Source: Chara braunii
Lineage: Eukaryota > Plantae > Charophyceae
Length of the DNA: 46,269 bases
Assembly (NCBI GenBank): GCA_003427395.1
Contig: BFEA01000012.1
Location: 5,440,980-5,487,248 of the forward strand
Reading direction: 5' to 3'
The position numbers and the translations under genes are program-made. Under the pieces are notes generated by a model, which saw nothing but the letters and a program-made list of their open reading frames with translations, was not told the origin of the DNA and made no database searches. Below, one piece after another: positions 1-46,269 of the stretch (positions are counted from its first letter, which is position 1; each line of letters begins with the position of its first letter).

Positions 1-79
1 TTTTTTTTTTTTTCTTCTTTTTTCGTTTTTTTTTTCGCATTTTTTTCGTTCTTTCACTCCGACGTTCGGGATGCCTGCG

Positions 80-505
80 CCCAGTAGTCCGAGCCTCGGC
101 ACGGATCGGCGTACCGGTCGGCCGAGGCTCGGACTCGATAGCTGGGCCAGGTACTGGTGGTTTAAAGGCCACACTTTGGCTTATCGTCCGAATTCCTGAT
201 CGTGAGCCGGCGTCCTCCTACAGTGCGGGTGCCGGGCTCCGTGCCCGGCCCGTCTTAAACTAGCGCATCCATACACCCTCTAATCTCACCTCGCACGTCC
301 CGCCGTCTGACTAGAATGAGTCGAGCGTGGGCCGCGTGATACTCATATTAATTATGGCCTCTAGCATCCCCTCAGGCGCTACTTGTGTAAAGTACAAATG
401 TGCGTGAAAACACCCTTGTAAGGGTGCTCGCGCCGCAGCGCCGGTGCTGGTGGTTTAACCCCCGCGGTATTGTTTTCCAAGCGGGGAAACCTACTGGTGG
501 TTTAA
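80..505. mobile_element. Cluster of three same-orientation TIR ends of a TTAA-flanked element family
   Basis: GGTACTGGTGGT|TTAA-type ends finishing at 165, 458 and 505; a perfect 15-bp stem (86-100/121-135) lies just inside the first end; the same terminus recurs at 38398 and 43605. Confidence 0.6.
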
Positions 506-1339
506 ACCTCACCTCCCTGCCTTCAATCATCCAAGATAAATGTCAGTGGGCATGATTCCTTGGCATGATTCCTTCGTCATAACGGAACATCAGCTCGTAG
601 TCTTGGCCTTCAAGGTTTGCCGCCTGAGGTGGGGACCTCGTTCCTCGTTCTGGCTTCCCTGACATCTCCAATCACTTCTGCCATGGCTGCTTCAGCCATG
701 GTTCAAATAGGCACGTTTCAGTTTAGAGACAGCTGGTCCACACTAACAGCGAGCTTTGAGCGAAAGGGGCAATTATCACATGATACTACGACCTTCGTAG
801 ACATGGAACGAGGACCTTTTCCGGGTAACAGCTAGGGCAACTTCCGTAGCTAGAGCCCGACCTATGAACCTACTCCTTGGGGTAGGTGACAGTGTCCCGA
901 TCTACCGCGGGCGTATGACGGTGGTATGACCCCGGGCCCGGCACTCCGCCGTTACCGGCCGCAAAATGCTTGGTCCTAGCGCTGCAGCGGCCGGGGAAGC
1001 TGTTAGATACTTTTTTCCCCGCGCAATCTTTTTTGCGGGCCGCGCCAAGGCCTGACAAAAGTTTTGGGGGGAGAGCAAGCCAACTTCGAATTCGAGTAGT
1101 TACGAAAGTTGGCATTGCCTGGTCCCCCGGCGCGACCAGACCAGTTCCTTTCCGTTCGTCGTCATTTGCCCGTCGGTCGAGCGTGTAGCTATCGGCGTCG
1201 TCCCACTAGCGCAGTGTAAGTCCTTCGCCATTACTCTGTGGCCCAGCCTCTTCCCCCATAGCTGGCGACCTGACTGAGCGGGAAGCGGCAGCGGCAGCGG
1301 CAGCAGGCAGCGCCGTCACCGAGCGGGAGCGGCTGGAGT

Positions 1340-2430
1340 CAAGGAGGACAGCCGAGCAGGTGGGTGACCACCAGCCCTCTCTCCCTCCGTCCCTCCGTCC
1401 CTCTTTCTCTCTCTCTCGCCGCCGCCACGCCCTCCTCCTACCTGCCTCCATCGTCCATCCTCGCTCCATTTTCCATCCTCGCTTGATTGTCGATTCTCGC
1501 CCCTCTGTATCTGGACCACCTCCTTCCTTCCTCCTCGACTTCCCATCATCACGACGTCCTCCTAGCTCTCTCCTCCATCATCCGTCCTCCCTCCTTCGGA
1601 TCTACGCTGCCTTTCTCTCACCTCCTACCCCCTTCGTCCTTCCCCCCTCCTTGACTTCCCGCCATCACGACCTCCTCCCACCCTCCCTCCTCCCACCCTC
1701 CCTCCTCCGTTCATAGAATCTGTGCCACCTTTGTCTCGCGTCCTTCCTCCGGCCCCGACTTCCCTTTTTTTTCTGTTTTCCATGAAGGCAATATTTCGAA
1801 ATTGATGGTACCTTCTCTCTCACCTCCCTTGAATCTGCACCTCTCCCGCATCTCCTTCCTCCATCGTCATCCTCTCTCCATCGTCCCTCCATTCCTCCAG
1901 CGTCCCCTCTCCGTTCTCCACACGCCACCTTTTCTCGCACTCCTTCCTCGCTCCACCGTCTGCCATACCTCTCTCCTCCTCGCGCCACCTATCTCCCACC
2001 TCCTTTCCCCTTCTTCCCTCCTCCTTCCGCCATACCTCCGTTCTTCACTCGTCAACTTTCGCCTTCCTTCCTCCTCCTTCCTCCTCCTTCCGCCATACCT
2101 TCCTCCTGCGTCACCTTTCTCCTGTCTCCTCTCTCCTTCCTNNNNNNNNNNNNNNNNNNNNNNNNNCCTCCTCCCTCCTCCCCCCTCCCTCGTACTTCGA
2201 CCCTCCCGCCCCCCGAGGCCCTTGTTTTTCCTTTTCTTTTGGGCTTCATGACTCATTTCGAGCAGAGTAGTGCGTCATCCTCCATCCTCCTACCTCCCAC
2301 TTTCCTCCGTGCCGTCATCCTCCGTCCACCCTTCTCCTTCTGCCGTCCTCCCTCTTTCTTCCTTCCTCCGTCGCCACCATTCCGCAATCTTCCATTCGTC
2401 CTCCATTCCTCCTCCTCGCTCCCCCCTCAC
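1340..2430. repeat. Pyrimidine-rich (CT/CCT) low-complexity tract with assembly gap
   Basis: Strong C/T strand bias; produces spurious P/S/L-rich ORFs. Confidence 0.85.
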
Positions 2431-3493
2431 TTTTCTATTTTCTCGTTTTTTTTTTTTATAGTTGCCATTCTTATGGGACTTCGACATCCATTTTGCGCCT
2501 TTGTTATCATTACCATACATTTTGGACGTCGGCATCCATTGAAGTTTGAATGTGGACTTGATTTCCCCCCCCTTCGTATGTTGAAATGGCTGCTGGGTGT
2601 GTTTTCAAAAAAAAAAAAAAGAAAAAAAACCCCCCCCGTATGTTGAAATACCTGCTCCAATTTTCTGCGTCAAAGAGATAGGGGGTTAGACTAGAGAGGG
2701 GAGGAGTGGGTTTAGAGGGAGTGCTTTTTTTTGGGGGGGGGGAAGGGTGGGTGTTTGGGAGGTCTCACAGTTGAAGGGGCTGACTTGTTTTCGGTGTCGT
2801 GTTGTTCCGATGCAGATGCAGGTCGAAATGGCGGCAAAGCAGGACCAAAACCTGTAAAGAAAGAAATCAGGCAGTGCGCATCGGGTGCACTGTACTATAC
2901 ACGCTGCGGAGGTGCGCGCGCTCCAGCGCACATCGCACCGCACCTGTGCGCCACACCTGTCGTTTCCGTTTGATAGGATTCCTACACGCGATTGCATACC
3001 TTTTTCTCCATTTTCCCGTTCTTCCTCTGCAGATCATGGCGCCCATAGCTTTTGATCTCTGATACATCGCCTGTTATTGGACACGTTTTTCCATTTCGTC
3101 CTTAACAAACATCTCCGCTACCTTTTCCTTTGGTGTTGCCCTTCGCTTTCCATCTCAGTGGTCTTCAAGGCCTTCTTCATTGGTATAGTCCATGTCGATG
3201 TCAACTAGACACATCCCTCGCCTCCTTCGGTCTTCTATTGATCGTAATTCTTCTCGTTGGCTTGACCCGTAATTGTCACTTCCAGCGTGTACAGTGTGGG
3301 ATTCTAGTACTCTTTGGCTCTTTGCCTCTTTGCCTGGCCTGTCGAGTGTGCAACGCACCCCCCTGCATTCTCTCTGCCTCTGTGTAGATAGCTGTTCTCA
3401 GCGGCCTCCCATTTGCTATTGGAACTTAGGCCCGCCAAAGTGGCGGGCAGTTACAGGAGTCCGGTAAAGACGGCGGGGAAGGATTCTGTCAGG

Positions 3494-45821
<42,328 letters not shown>

Positions 45822-46046
45822 GTAAATGTTCACTTTTCTTCTGTCTGTGAAATGCTACGGATAACCAGGGTATTTAATACAATGGAAGTCAGGAACATAT
45901 TGGAATGGGGAACGGTGTAGGAGAAATTTCATCATTATGGAAAATATGTCCACCAGAAAGTCCAGATGCTGATTTATGGTCCAAATTTAAGGAAATCTGC
46001 AAACATTGTGAGGTCTGAGTTCCAAAGTCACCAATATTGTTTTGTC

Positions 46047-46048
<2 letters not shown>

Positions 46049-46126
<78 letters not shown>

Positions 46127-46177
46127 GTGTAGGGAGCGGGGATGAAGAGCGTGAAGTACCGGAAAGAAATGCTGGTT

Positions 46178-46269
<92 letters not shown>
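46049..46269. repeat. (TG)n-(GA)n and (GA)n microsatellites running to the window end
   Basis: Seen directly. Confidence 0.97.

Noticed and set aside
510-1200. Possible gag/PBS relic on the minus strand
   Set aside because: Frames are interrupted and I found no recognisable domain, LTR pair or TSD.
1206-2646. Long overlapping ORFs rich in P/S/L or R/G/E
   Set aside because: Produced by the CT-rich low-complexity tract; no domain motifs.

Overview
Eukaryotic, repeat-rich, gapped draft-genome sequence. It is probably from a streptophyte alga such as a Chara-type genome; this is an inference from kb-scale TE-filled introns, abundant CA/GA microsatellites and an algal-type plastid 16S fragment. 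One gene occupies almost the whole window: a + strand kinesin-5 (BimC/Eg5/KRP125 family). I traced 22 coding exons by hand from ATG 3494 to 45821. All introns are GT-AG and phase-consistent, giving 2832 nt / 944 codons with no stop; the last exon(s), expected to carry the BimC-box tail, lie beyond the window. Most ORF-track entries are microsatellite, low-complexity or TE noise. The introns hold three hAT-type MITEs with 8-bp TSDs, a PIF/Harbinger-type MITE, a solo LTR with a 5-bp TSD, two partial LTR relics, a plastid 16S rRNA fragment and many local duplications. The best candidates for something undescribed are (i) an inverted-repeat-bounded cassette carrying a U6 snRNA-derived segment, itself interrupted by a hAT MITE, and (ii) a multi-copy TTAA-flanked TIR family with atypical 5'-AC termini.
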